A stretch of 62,994 nucleotides of DNA, counting the filler, from Saprolegnia diclina VS20 (taxonomy: Eukaryota), in assembly GCF_000281045.1 (NCBI RefSeq). It is 5 parts of 2 records of this genome, joined end to end, with 100 filler letters (N's around TTAATTAATTAA, not from the genome) between each part and the next. Parts side by side here need not be neighbours in the genome. Positions count along the whole stretch, not along the records: positions 1 to 19,241 come from NW_008246110.1; 4 more parts are not named here. The stretch is one strand, 5' to 3'. The translations under genes and the position numbers were made by a program. The notes below the pieces were generated by a model. That model made no database searches. It was not told the DNA's origin and worked only from the letters and a program-made list of their open reading frames with translations. This document shows positions 1-13,000 of the stretch, piece after piece (within the stretch, counting starts at the first letter, position 1; every line of letters starts with the position of its first letter).

Positions 1-241
1 TTTATGGTGCAAGAAGGCGAAATACCACACTCGGATATCGAGGAGTTCAACAAAAGATAAGTCCATTGGGCTATTTCGCGAGACGACATAACTTTCTTCG
101 TATTAGACTTAGAACGATTTAATATCTAAACCTCGTTGTTAGAAAGCATTTCAAGGTTCACCATTGGAGGCGCTTCAACTCGAGCGAGAACGATGCAGCT
201 AGTAGGGTTAGGGACGGTGTGGTGTGGCTGAGCTTGTGGCT

Positions 242-257
242 GCTCACTTTGCAATGA
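242..257 (+). promoter_or_regulatory. Oomycete INR/FPR-like core promoter element
   Basis: GCTCACTTTGCAAT resembles the oomycete GCTCATTYYNCAWTT consensus and lies ~55 bp upstream of ATG 310. Confidence 0.45.
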
Positions 258-309
258 TTACCCGCGACAGGGCTTCTCCTCCAACACGCATCATCCACAC
301 GGCTTCAAA

Positions 310-3300
310 ATGAGAGCTAAAGAAACCTTCTTCTTGACTCATGAAGCCTTTACTCGAGAAGTACTGCGCGTCCATACCGTGGCGGCCTCTGTGGTGGCGT
401 CCGGTGGTGCAAGCCCTGAAGCAATTTCGACATTTATGCTTTCACCAGCAATATGTGTCTAGCCTGCTTGATCTCTCGAGCACCAAGCAGTCCCATATGA
501 GCATGCCTGCCGTGAGCTGCGCCGTGGTGCGGCTGTCAGGCCGACACCATACTAACGCCTATCGATTGGTCGAAATCCAGTTAATTTTTTCCAATCACCA
601 TCGCGGGATCTTTCAGTGCAATCTGGGAGGGCGACCAGGAACGATGGCGTCGTCCTTTGTCCTCAAGGAGAAGATCGCCGATGTCTACTTGGACCGCGCC
701 CATGAACCCGAGATCGTCGTCTACCACCCGGTGCTTATGCTCATCCTCCTGGACGCTGCCTCATGCGCTTCCTGCAGGCGCGCGAGTCCCTCATCATCGT
801 CGCGACTGCGTCGCTGCACGAGGTCGACCTGCGCACGGGCTGCGTCCTCGGCGCCATTCCGTTCGACAGCTGCCTTCTACATGACAAGCCCCACGTCTTT
901 GACGACGTCGTGCCCGCGGGCCAGCACCACGTCATTGCCTCGCTCTCTCGGTACAACCTCTACGCCCATCATGCTGCTGGAGCTGCGCCGTAGCTACCTC
1001 GTGGTCTGGGACCTCCGCGAGATGACACTGTGCTGCGTCACAGAGGTGCTCAAGTCATCCACGAAGAGCCCGATCGTCGTGACGGCCGCAACGACACTCG
1101 CGGGCACAGTCTTCTACGGCCACGAAGGCAGCCAGAGCATCAAGGTGGCTTCGCCTCTCTACACCCGAGTACTCAGATAGGTAACTACATAGGTGACGAC
1201 TGTCGAAGGACTCTGTAGCGGCGAAGCCTGTCAAAAGATCCCCCGGAAAGCTGCGTCGCGTGGCAGCGTCCTCTGCGCGCTGGCCTTTCATGCGCGCCAT
1301 CAGCTTCTCGCCTCGGGGGGCACCGACGGTACGCGGCGCCGATTGCGATAGCCCACTATCGCACGAGCAACTAGGCATCGTGCACGTGTGGCGCGCCGGC
1401 AGCTCGGTCCACGGCGCTACCGACGACGAGTGGTCGAAGGACGAGCACAGCAAAGCCAACGGCGACGACGTAACCTGCGCCAGAAGGCAGCCATTTCGAT
1501 CATTGCACTTATCACTGTGCGTAGGTTAGCCCACACGCTCTGCTCGCCACCTTCTCGACCAAGACGTCGCCCGTGCAAGCGCTTGCGTTCGATGGCCAAG
1601 GACTCTTGGCAGCTGCCTACCTCGCAGGCCAACTCGATATCTTTGACGTGCTGCGACGTGAGCCACGCGCGGTCGCCTCCCCGTACTGTCCACATTTTCT
1701 CTTCATTTTGGCAATCGTACGGCTGCGTAGAACTACGGCTGTGCCGACCGGTCTCTCGCTCTGCAGTCGCCACAGCATTCATTTCAGCGCAAGCTTGAAC
1801 ACGCTGGTGCTCGTGCTACTGGGGGCATCGCAAGACGTCGTGCTGCATCGCATGCACTTTGGTGACAGCATCGACTCGACGTTTGGCGTGGCGTTCGACG
1901 TCAATGCGCTCGTTGCGGCGGTCGTTCCGTGCGACATGCAGCTCGCACTCTACACGTCGTCGCCGACGGCGCGGTCGCTTGCGCTGCTCGAAGGCGCGGA
2001 CGACGACATTGCGCTGTCGAACGTCGTCATGCCTCCGACGCGCACGTGGTCGATGCAGCCGCAGTTTTCGTTTCTCCAGTATTGCAGTCCCGACGACGTG
2101 CCCCGGCGCCTTCTCCACATTTCAACGGTGCCAATGACCTTGCTTTCTTTGATAGTTAGAGATATGACTGGTAGAGCGACGCTCTCAAGTTTGCCTTGAG
2201 CGCCATGGACCTCCAAACGAACGAAAAGACGGAGCTTTGTCCACTGCTCGCGACGTTTGAGGGACTGCCGCTGCAGCCGCTGCGACTCACCGTATCCCGC
2301 GACGGCGGCACGTCCGCTGTCTTTCTCTCGTCGTCGCAAGCCACTGTCATGACGCTCATCGATGTCAGCGCGCCGACGGCGGCCCCGACATACGAGGTCC
2401 GCGACGTGTGTTTCACACCAACACACTTGGTGTCGCTCATGCCGTCCGGACGAAGCGTCCGCGTCCACGGCAACTGGAAGGCCAAGGAGCCCGACGGTCT
2501 GCTGCTCAACCTTCCGACAACTGCCGCGCGGCTCTTCCCCACGCGCTGGGCCATGCCCAACTCGTATACATTGGCGCACCACCCAAACGCCTCATCTATG
2601 CTATGCTAGGGAGGCTTGCAAAGTTCTTTTCGTTGTCCAAGACGCACTCGGTCGCGAGTGTTTGCGTCTGAGGTTTGGTCGCCATTTGCACCTTGCCCAG
2701 TGGAGCCTTATATGCGGTAAATAGCGAGCACACGGTGGCATTTACGCTCGACTCGGCTTGCTTTTGGAGTGCCGAGAAGCACGAACCCATTCTTGAAGTC
2801 CAGAACGAGCCCGAGAAGGCGACGCACTTGGTACTTTGCCGTCCGCCGCCACCAACGTACCCACACTGTAGATTGCTGTGCGGACGTCCAAGCGTCTCGT
2901 CGTCCTCGATGGGTCGCTGCAAGTGATGGCGACCTTTGCGCCGCACCGTACGCAGCTGCAAGAGACGCCCACAAGCATGCTCTGGATCGGCGATGCGCTT
3001 GCCTTTGCAACCATCGGCGCCACTTTGCGCTATTGGCATCCCGCGTCGCCCCGTACGACCCACGCGCTGTGCAGCGTACCCGTGACGCCTTCTGGATCCC
3101 ACGTGCGTCTCGCGGCGTTCTTGCCCGACCGCGTCGTGTACATGGTGCTTCAGGACGATGCAAAGTCGGCCACCGTGCGTCCTGACACCTTGACCACATA
3201 GATGACGACGCTCTGTCTTAGATGTACACGCGCCCGTTTGCGCCGCTCGAGGTGCTCGTGTGCACCCACAGGGACAGAGAGAACGTGCAGCGGTACATTG

Positions 3301-5285
3301 CGCGTCTCCTCGAGTACGGCCCGCCCCTCGTGCAAGTGAGCTGGAAGACGCTGTCGACTTTGAACAACCCGACGCTGAGCTTGCGTCTTCTCCACGACGG
3401 CAAGAAGGCAAAGGCCGGTGCCATGTACCGCGAAACGTCCCACATTGCTGCGAATACCATCGCGGGCATCTTCCTGGCTGCCCACCGCTGGCGCGACGCA
3501 GCGACCTATCTCGTTTCGGACGACCCCGCTCTCTACGTACACTGCATCTGTTACGTCAGTTGATAAATCGGTGATATTTTCTATAGGAATATGCGCTCAA
3601 CCCACAAGGCGCCGAGGCGCAGCTGCCCCCGAAGCTCTCCCACGTCGCGGCGGCGCTAACGCGCATGGCGGCGACGCTGCAGTCGATGGGGCAGTTCGAG
3701 CTCGCGGCTCAGTGCCTCGACATGGCTGGCAACGACGCAGCGCTACTGAGCCTCGTATGTGCCATCTCGTTTGTTGAAAAGCTTTGACATGCGTTGTAGG
3801 GTCTCAAGTGCGGCTCGGCCGACGTCGTTGAAGCCATTCTGCGCGGGCTCAAGACAGCTCACCCGCCGGTGGTCGCCGCCGTCACCGCGTATGATGCCGC
3901 CCAGATACCCAAACACGTCAAGATGGACGTGTTCCGCCTCCTGTGCACCGAGCACTTGGTGTTGGAGCGCCGGAGTCGGCTCTTGGCGTCGCTGAGTGGT
4001 CTACGCCGGGTGCGGCTGCCACCTATCAAGATCCCGTTGCTGGCGGCGCCCGACGGATGGAAGTACTTTACGTGGAAGCGCCTCGAGCCCGAGGACCCGG
4101 TCGACTGGCTCGGGTCGTCGACCCCGCACTTTTCGTCCCAAGAGTTTGTGAAAAAGTCGCTGCAGATTGACGTCAGCGACGGCTTTGGCGAGATGCGGTC
4201 GACGCCGATGGCGAGCGCGCCGTCGTTCGGCCCGTTCTTGGACGACGAGGACAGCGTGACGGCGTACTGGCGCTTTGAGGACGCAGCGACTCTCGGCCCA
4301 AGTCGCACGACGGACGCCACGCTCCTCGACACGTCGAAGCGCGAAAACCACTTGGTCGTATCGCCCGCCATTGTCTTGGACATCTCGACCGCGCCCGTCG
4401 ACAAGGGCGAAGAGAGCAAGCTCCTCCCGGTACCGCCTTTCTCTTAGCGACTACGCTCACAATACGTGACGTAGGCGTACATGCTGCACTTTCCAGCCGT
4501 TGCGCCTCTCGACGGCAGTGGCTGGCACGCGTCATGCGCAGTGCGCAAGGGCGGAAGCATGGACTTTGGCACGAGCTTTGACGAAGATCCATACCGGCGC
4601 CACCTCACGCTCGAGTGCTGGGTGCGCTATTACGCCGAGGGGCCGATCGCAGGCAGTAGTACCTCGGTCCTCGCGGCACGAAGCCCCTTCTGGTCGATAA
4701 GTATGGAGAGCAGCGGGCGCCTCTGCGTGCAGATCCACGACCGCACGCTTCCAACGGACGGTACGTTGCTGCTCAACGGCAGCTGGCAGCATCTGGCGCT
4801 GGTGCTCGATATCGTCAGCGACGACAAGGCGTCCGTGCGCGTGCTGCTTGATGGCGCCAGCGTCTTGGCCAAGGAGATTGCTGTCAAGATGACTTCGCAG
4901 AGCGACAGCAGCAGCGCGCTGCAGCTCGGACCGCGCCTCGTAGGCTTTGACATGACGGAGATAAGACTGTGGGCAACGTCGCGCTCGGTGGAGCAGATCA
5001 ACGACATGAAGGAAAATTACCTTGGCATCGCCGAGACCAAGAAGCGCATCAAGGTCGCCATCCACCAGGTGCGACATCAGTATATGGCTTCGAGACATGA
5101 ACACTGTCTTGTAGCGCGACTGCCAGTGCGAAAAGTGCATTGGCCGCCGCCAGAACACGCCGTTGGCCAAGCTCGCGATGGTGCAGCCGCTCGCAGCAAG
5201 CCCCGCGAGCCGCGCGCGGCGCGTCATCAAGACGCCGCAGTCGCCCGTCGCGTCGCCCAAGCGCGAAGAGACGCGGCTCAACTAA
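310..5285 (+). CDS. Large multi-exon WD40/alpha-solenoid protein, TSET complex TTRAY2/TWD40-2-like, with C-terminal LamG (ConA-like) domain
   Basis: Consecutive + strand exons separated by ~45-nt GT-AG introns. Motifs TSKRLVVLDGSLQVMA..TSMLWIGDALAF..LAAFLPDR..PLEVLV and LQSMGQFELAAQCLDMAGNDAALLSL resemble plant TWD40-2 (recalled). The 3' part has LamG_3 motifs (AYWRFED, LTLECWVR, WQHLALV, MTEIRLWATSRS). Last exon from 5115 ends ..SPKREETRLN* at 5285. Confidence 0.65.
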
Positions 5286-5340
5286 GATCTCTGCTGCACA
5301 CTAGTATATTCATCACGGACGCAATACATGTTGGCTTGCA

Positions 5341-5981
5341 CTAATCGTCGTCGGGGACCTCGGGGTTGGGCGCGTCGAGCGCCGGCGACTCGTAGTTGCT
5401 GTAGAGACCGTATTGGTACACGAGGTGGGGGATGCTGGGGCGAAAGCGGCGGAGGCGGCAACCGAGGAGACGCTGGATCATGGCTTCGTTCTCCGCTACA
5501 TTGCAAGCATTTAGAGTTGCCTCTACATGTAGGTGCGCGTGGCGTACCGATGGTCGTGAGAAGGATCTTGCCGCCCGGTGCGAGGAGATGCGTCGCTGTC
5601 TCGGCGTACTTGGTCCACACGTGCTCGGTGATAAAGGGCGGGTCGATCACAACCATGTCGAAATGGCCTTGGAGGCCATCCTTCGTGAACGTCGTCGGCG
5701 CGTTATAGTCGTACTGAAGCACGCGCGGGAGGGCGTCGTCGTAGTCAAAAAGCGCGAGCTCGCTCGCTGGGCGCAGCTCCTCGACGGCGTAGTAGAGCGA
5801 CGGCGTCGAGAGGAAGGCGACCGCCGCCGGGCGCTGCGCCACAATGTCGGCCGCGAGGACCTACCGCGCCGCGTGAGCCATGGGCAGGAAGCGCGTCATG
5901 AACCTCGATCGTCGACGGCGAGTACCAGTACTGGTTGAGCGCCTCCTTCTCCTTGTACGACCGGACAAACTTGCTGCTCAT
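5341..5981 (-). CDS. EEF1AKMT1: EEF1A lysine methyltransferase 1 (N6AMT2/Efm5 family), 3 exons
   Basis: EKEALNQYWYS, AFLSTPSLY, LFDYD, FDMVVIDPPF motifs; last exon ..FRPSIPHLVYQYGLYSNYE..*. Confidence 0.88.
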
Positions 5982-6498
5982 TTCGGCAAATCTTTGGAAA
6001 TGGCCAATCCGCAATCGCCGCGACAAAAGTCAGCCACATGATTGGTTGAAATCAAACCCAACGTCCTTCAAGGCTCTAGCTCAAGCAGCTCGACAAAGCC
6101 TCTTCAGCAGACGTGCACTAACAATGTACGAGTTGATCATTGCTACTACATTGGCGATTCGACGCGGCCTGTTGGAGTCTACCAGTCCCTTCAGAGAGTT
6201 GGCTCGCACCGCAGAGGCAAGTAAAGATATGGCAAAAGACCCACAAGAACGGCCGCTTGTCGTAGATACAAAGGCTTGTTACTTCTATGGGTGGCCGGCC
6301 TCCGCTTGCGCAATACTAGTATACATGACCACCACCACATCCACCACACGACCACCACCAGTGCTCGTTGACCACGACAGTCGACTACGACGCACACTCG
6401 AGTGACGAGGTCGCAATAGCCATGTAGTGGTCAAGAGACAGTGGGGTACCTTGCATGCGTTTGATTATTACATCGACAGTGCTATCACGTGGCTACGC

Positions 6499-7722
6499 TT
6501 ACGCAATGAGGTGCGAGAGACCGAGACCAATGGTCGAGCCGAGGACGAGACCAAAGTTGAGGAAGAAGCCCGTGAAGCTGCCCGCCACCGCCTTCTCGTG
6601 CGGCTCGACGCAGTCGTTGACAAAGATGATCGCGAGCGACCCGATGTAGCCGTTCGTGAAGCCGAGGTACAAGACAAAGAGGATCGAGAAGGCGTCGTGC
6701 GTGAAGTAGAGGCCCTTGACCGACACGAGGATGCAGGGAATCATGAGGAACCGAACTGCGACCATGCGCCAAATGTTGTCCTTGGTCAAGCCGCACCGGA
6801 ACGAAATGAGGAAGCGGCCAATGCAGTCAAACACCGAGAAGAGCGTCAGTAGCAAGAGCGGCCACCACCCGGACGCTTGCAGCGCCGGAAAGTTGTAGCT
6901 CTTGAGCTCCGTCACGAGCGGCGGCCAGAGCGCGAGCGAGCACGTAAAGACGAGCGCGACTTGGATCTGGTTGTACACGCACTTGCGCAAGACGGTCCAG
7001 CGGTTCGGCGCCGGCGCTTCGACCGAGAGGAGCGTCTGGACGCCCGACTCGGCAAGCAGCGGCGATTGCTCGACGAGCGACTTGGTCGACAAGCAGCGCT
7101 TCGAGATGGGCAGCGAGAGCAAGGTAAAGTACGCAAGAATGCAGAGCGCGACCGTGACGGCGCCCGTGTAAAAGTACACGCCGCTCGAGAGTACGATCGC
7201 GTCCGCCGGAAAGATGACCTTGGTCAGGTCGCGGTACACGCTGCCGATGAGCGTGCTGAGGCCAATGCCAAACTGGAGGCTCTCCTGGGCGTACATCGGG
7301 TAGTGGTTGGCGAGCGAAATGACGCAGCTGTCGAGGAAGGCCGTGACAATGGCCGCAAACGCTGTCGCGCCAAGCACCGCCCACATGTTGGCGTTCTCGG
7401 TCGAGAGGAAATGGTACGACGCCGGCACAAAGACGAGCACGACAAGCTGGCCGGCAAACCCGCCAACGACGCGGCCCGTGATCCACGGCGACGAGCCAAA
7501 CGAGACGAGGAGGCCGAGCATGAGCAAGTTGGTGTACATGAAGGTGCACGTGATGAGAAACTCAATGTTGAAGTCGGGGAAGAGATGGCTCCAGTAGTCG
7601 ATGGGCTGCGTCAGCGCCGAGAACGGAAAGAGGTACCCAATGCCAATGAGCGAGAAGAGGACGTTGACGAGGAACCGCTCGCGCTTGGCGGCTGTCGGCA
7701 TCGCAATGTGGATCTCGGTCAT
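6499..7722 (-). CDS. Equilibrative nucleoside transporter (ENT/SLC29 family)
   Basis: Intronless ORF with ~11 TM segments; IGIGYLFPF, FSVFDCIGR, GFTNGYIGSL, GLVLGS motifs. Confidence 0.92.
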   Translation of the reverse strand: MTEIHIAMPTAAKRERFLVNVLFSLIGIGYLFPFSALTQPIDYWSHLFPDFNIEFLITCTFMYTNLLMLGLLVSFGSSPWITGRVVGGFAGQLVVLVFVPASYHFLSTENANMWAVLGATAFAAIVTAFLDSCVISLANHYPMYAQESLQFGIGLSTLIGSVYRDLTKVIFPADAIVLSSGVYFYTGAVTVALCILAYFTLLSLPISKRCLSTKSLVEQSPLLAESGVQTLLSVEAPAPNRWTVLRKCVYNQIQVALVFTCSLALWPPLVTELKSYNFPALQASGWWPLLLLTLFSVFDCIGRFLISFRCGLTKDNIWRMVAVRFLMIPCILVSVKGLYFTHDAFSILFVLYLGFTNGYIGSLAIIFVNDCVEPHEKAVAGSFTGFFLNFGLVLGSTIGLGLSHLIA

Positions 7723-8633
7723 GCTGCTCGCGTCGGCGCCAATTCCAAAATGACAAGCTTCCACTTTGATGGCCTTCAATGCGACATGCCCCGGGATGAT
7801 GCAACACTTTTTATTTAATAAAACTAAACCCTTCCGAGCCCATACAAACACGACGTTATGATGGTGGGAAATCGAAATAAATGGGGCCACCGATCGCGCC
7901 CCGGTGTACGTACGCAAGCTGAGCCGCGAATTTGCATGCGGCGGCCGCCACCACCAGCTGCGACCACCTGGCAGCTTCGATCCAAGGCGTGCATGATACT
8001 GCTCCCTCGACTGGACCGAGCACGCAACGTTCTACTGTTCGTGTCAAGCGTTCTCGCCTGGTAAGATGGCGAGATCACCAGACGAGAAACGGTCGGCAAT
8101 GGATGACTGACGCCAGCCAAGCAACCCTGTGCGCTGCTTGGTGGCATACGTATACCCCACCACCGTGCAAGCAACTTGAAGCTCCGCTGCGGGCACATGG
8201 TGGGCTCAAGCATCGGCGCGCATCCACGTCGTTCTTCGAGGCGCCTCGGAGCCACTCACGCGACCATACTTGGCTCGGCAAACATGCAGATTCCGCGCCC
8301 AGTCCGTTGAAGCCAGGTGACAAGACGCCCCGACGGCTGGCACTGGGTGCGTGGCTGTGTGCTCGTGTCGCCCGTTCCAGCCACTCGTTGCGTCATGACG
8401 CACAACGAACCGCCACGTGTGCCAGCGAAACGAAGCGACGGCCCTGCTGTGGGTCTGAGATGGCGAACGAGGACGCGCCGAGATGGCGGACGAGGTGATG
8501 TTGTTGGGATGCCATCTGCAAGACCACTTCAACAAGGGAACCCATGCCCTTTCTGGATACCGCACGTGCATTGGTCAAAAGCAGGTGGTATTTCACCCAA
8601 TCAGGCGCGGCGGAAGATCGCATTTTCGCAGCG

Positions 8634-9528
8634 ATGGCGACTCGAAGCGACCTCGACGAGATGGAAGCCGACGCGCTGCCGTCGGCGTTGGCCGCGATGG
8701 CCGAGTGCGTCAAGTACACGAGCGGCCTCGCTGCGTTCTACGAAGCGTCATTCGACGGTGCCAAGGCTGTCCACGCAAGCCAGACGAAGGAGGGCGTCGC
8801 CAGCCTCCAGGAAGCGCTAGCGCTTGTCACATCCAACCTCACCAACATGTCGTCCACGCTCACGGCCTACATGGATTGTCAGGTTGGTCACCAATATGCT
8901 ATGTTCGCTCATCATTACCGTTGAACTGCGCAGTGCGATGAGCTCGACCGTGTCCACATCAAGGTCGACGCGCTCAAGCTGGTGAAATGCGCGTCGCATA
9001 GCGCCATTGGACTCATGGTCGAGTGTAGAGGCTTGCAGAAGCCAAGGCGGCGACACAGCGTCCTGTCATCGAGGCCACAAGGGCCCAGCACCGTGCCAAG
9101 ACACGGGCAACACCACCACCTTCTTCGAGTCAACATGTGGCAGGTGGTGCATGCTTTGCGCCGTGACACGTACAAGCGTGCTATCGTAGGCTCCGATCGA
9201 TCGCCCGAAACACAGCTGCCATACCAGTATGGGTCGATTCAAGCGGGATTACAAGCCATCAAGATCGCCGCTCAATCACAAGTCCACGCCGGTACACTCT
9301 TGCTACTCCTGCAACAATGAACGCGATCGCTTTTGGATGGCAGAACGCGACCAGCTCAAGCTGCGCACGCTTCCATGCCAAGCCAACGACATCGAACACA
9401 TAGCGACTGATACAACGACAGACCCCGTTGTTGACGCGGATACGCTCAAGAGCACTTCTTTGTCTGCACTCCGCCTCTCAGCTCTTCAAAAGGCCTTCGG
9501 ACCCGAGGCAACGGCGACGCACTCTTAA
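8634..9528 (+). CDS. Hypothetical protein, Abl-interactor (ABI/ABIL)-like N-terminal helical region, multi-exon
   Basis: Spliced sequence ..SLQEALALVTSNLTNMSSTLTAYMDCQ|CDELDRVHIKVDALKL resembles the ABI N-terminal domain; end point uncertain. Confidence 0.45.
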
Positions 9529-9553
9529 CAAACCATCCACACGGTTCTTGCAG

Positions 9554-9847
9554 TTATACTTCGTCATGGGCCTTAGCAGGTAGTATCGTGGTAGACGCCT
9601 GGCAGCTAATCGGCACAGAGGCATCGTCGTTGCTTGCGTGGATCGCTGCAGGGCGTGAGCGTGGACAGCAGCATGCGCAGGCTGACGTGGTCGCGCGCTG
9701 CCGGTCGGGTTGGCGGCAGTAGTAGCACGTCAGGAGGCGGCAGAGGGCCACAAACGGGCAGGTGACGACGACAGCAATGAGCGCGCCCACGTAGATGAGC
9801 AGCAGCTGGGCGTAGCTCTGGATCGGGACGCGGTCGGTCGATGGCAT
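9554..9847 (-). CDS. Small single-TM, Cys-rich hypothetical protein (~97 aa)
   Basis: Hydrophobic stretch LLLIYVGALIAVVVTCPFVAL followed by CRLLTCYYC and CACCCP. Confidence 0.5.
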   Translation of the reverse strand: MPSTDRVPIQSYAQLLLIYVGALIAVVVTCPFVALCRLLTCYYCRQPDRQRATTSACACCCPRSRPAAIHASNDDASVPISCQASTTILPAKAHDEV

Positions 9848-9861
9848 GGCACGCGTTGGCG

Positions 9862-10022
9862 TTTCACAGCAACCGGATGCGTATTTCACACGCCTTTTCA
9901 CACTTATTTTTCACGTGTTCATGTCGACTATCTTTCACACTTGTTTCTTCTCCCTTGTGAATTGCACGGCATCGGAAATAGGGAGGCGTGGGTTTCACGC
10001 GTGGGAAACCCTGTTTCCCACG
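9862..10022. promoter_or_regulatory. Divergent promoter with TTTCAC motif cluster and a 10-bp inverted repeat
   Basis: TTTCAC at 9862, 9884, 9896, 9909, 9933 and 9993; CGTGGGAAAC-cct-GTTTCCCACG at 10000-10022; lies between divergent ATGs 9847(-) and 10053(+). Confidence 0.5.
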
Positions 10023-10052
10023 GCCTTCGATAAAGTTGTTCTTTCCTCGAAG

Positions 10053-13000
10053 ATGATGCAAGCGCCGCCGCTGCTGCCGCCGGTCCTCACGCGGCTCATG
10101 CGCTTCACGGAAGGTGACTTGGTCAAGACGCCGTTCGGCGATGGGACCTTCCAGCGCAAGCTCACGTACGCTTCATGCGGCCGTCCGCGTCTCCATACCT
10201 TTTGGCAATAGACAAGCGCCAGGCCGCCACGTTTACGTCGTTGCGCTCAAACGCGGTGGCATCTTGTACTCGCAGGTACGACACACGATACGCCGACGCA
10301 TGCGTATGCTGTCACCTAGACGTGCTGGATGATGCCACGCCTGCCGACGCTGTCGGGCAACGAGATGCCCCATGGCGTCCACATCGAGACGCGCTCGTCC
10401 GGCGCCCGCGGAAGCATTCTGCAGTACCGGTACGACACGTGCATAGCTGCTCATCACTTTAAACGGTTTTGCAGCGTCGCCGAGAAGAGCTACGACGTGG
10501 CTTTGGAGGACGGAACGACCGCGACGTTTGCCGTACCTCGCCCGGACGACCGCGCTGGCCTCACCACACTTGCAATTCGTAGGCTGCGGACCTGCGCTTG
10601 GCGTGCCGAACGCGGTGCCAAACGCAGTTTGGCCTCGGCACCGTCGTCGCCTATCGGTAACTTCGTTCCTGTGCGATACGCCGTATACAACGGTGCTTGG
10701 TAGCGCGGCCAGCGACAGCTACGTCGTCCAGCTCGATGCGAACGCGACCGCCTACATTCAAGTCGTCTTCTTCAGCTTGCTTCGACTTGCATGCTGATGC
10801 CGAACATGCGTAGGCGGCGGACGTGGCGGCGCTCGACTTGCGCTTGCTCGAGAAGATCCCCAAGCCGTTCAGCGCCGCCCAAGTCGTCGCCGAGTTCAAC
10901 GGTCGTGTGTCGCAAGAGCAGGCCGAGGCCATCAGCGCTGCTGGGGAGAACGCCTACTTGACGCTGCGCGCGTACTGCGAGAAGAACGCCGGCGCGCTCA
11001 CGTCGATTTCGACGACGTTTACGTACGGCCGCGAGTACTCGGAGGCGCTGGCGTCGTGCGTCAACCCCGAGATCCAAGACGCTGCCGGTCGTGTCCGAGC
11101 GGCCGGCGAGCGCGAGCTGGAGAAGCTCACAAAGCTCACCGAGTTGGTCAAGCACCGCATCGACGACCAGATGACGAGCAACGCCGAGCTCGCCGCTGTG
11201 CGTTCGTGCCTCCTTGGCATCTTTAGCTAACGTAGTGTAGCTCACGGAACACTCGAAGAAGATTCTCCAAGGCATTGGCAACAGCATCGAGATGCGCCGA
11301 GTCGCCGACGAGCTCAACAGGCAGCTCCAAGCAAGCGCCTCGGTGCGTCTCTTGTTCGATGACATGCGCAAATGAGCGACGCTAGAGCGACGACGGCCGC
11401 GCGCTCATCGAGCAATTCAAGGAACTGCTCCAGGCGCGCGTCGAGCAGCAGCGGCGGCGCCTCGAGCTCCTCGAGCCCACCACGCTGCTCGACAACCTCC
11501 AAGGCACCCTGTCGCCACGCGGCCTCCAAGTACACTCGTCCCTGTAGGCGTTGGACCTATGTTGACTGTAGACCAAAGCGGCAGCCTTTGTCCAGCACGT
11601 TTCGGGGAGCATGGCGACATTGGACCCGCTCGAGCTGCTCGCGCAAGTCGAAGAGCTCTTACCCAACGTGTCGAGAAGGGCAGCAGGTCTCTTGGAGGAC
11701 GGCGAGGACCTCCTCGTGCGGCTTCAAAGCAGCAAGCAGGGCCAGAAGCTGCTCGAGAAGGCCAAGGAGCTCGCGCACGTCTCGGACGACCCGGATGCGA
11801 TCCGCGACAAGGTCACGCAAGCCGTCGCCAACGTGCGCGTCGACGTACTGTGACACGCTCTTCGTTGGGCGTTTGCTTAAAACATTGAAAGTAGGATCTC
11901 GCCAAGTGGGGGCGCAACCTCGCGGTGGACAAGGCCGCGCGGCAAGCGTTCGTCGACCAGGTCAAGGACCACTGCTTGGACTTTCTCATGTCGGTGCTGC
12001 CGACGATCGAAGTGCCGCCCATCGTGTACGTCCATGACGCCAAGAGAGCTCGCTGCTGACGTCTGCGAATGTACTAGCGGCACGAAGGACGAGATCGACT
12101 ACTCGATCTCCGTCCTCGACCTCTCCAACTTTCACGTGCCAAAGGAGAAGGTTGTCGTCAAGCTCGGCACGGCCGCCGACGACGAAGTACGCGACAGAGG
12201 ATATGCAATAGGATCTTAGCGGGCGCGTCGTAGGTGCTGACGATGCGCGCGTCGAGCATCTCTTCACTGATTCCGGGCCTGCAATGGACGTTTGCCCAAA
12301 AGTATTTTCCGTATCTCAATGGCGGTGGCGCGGCCGACGCGTCCGTCAACGGCGGGTGCATCTCGCTCGGCTTTCGGGTTGAATTTTGCATTTATCAGCG
12401 TTTTTGAGATTGGTTTGCTCAAAACCATGTTGTAGGCAGAGAAAGTGCTCTCGAAAGAGACGGGCGAGTACGAACCGACGTTGGCTGTCTCGTCGATTGA
12501 GATTGAGATCAAAGAAGAGCTCAAACTCACGGTGCAAGGCAGCTGGTTCTCGGCCGTCTACAACGTGCTCGCGACGCTTTTCAAGGAGCTCATTCGCGAT
12601 TACATTGCGTCGACGCTCGAAGCGAGCCTCATTGAGCACGTCGTGACGCTCGTGAGTGCGCTCAACAAGCACATCAAGGGCTACTGGCCGCTGCTGCTCC
12701 AAGTGCTGCACGTGACGGTCGACCAACTTCCGGTGGCGAGTGCGTGGCGCGGCGCCAAGCCGCTGCCGCCGCCGCTGCCGCATGAAGACGACATTGAGTT
12801 TGGCCTGACCAACGTCCCGCTGGTTCTCACCAAGCGTATGTACGCGCCGGACTGCACTTATTCCAACGGCGGTTGTAGGCATACGAACCCGCATGGCTAC
12901 GGTCACCGGCGTCACGGTCCCACCCACCGCGTCGACAACAGACCGCGACGCGCTATTGAGTGTACCTTTGCACTCGACGCTCGTCGGCATCAACGGCCTC

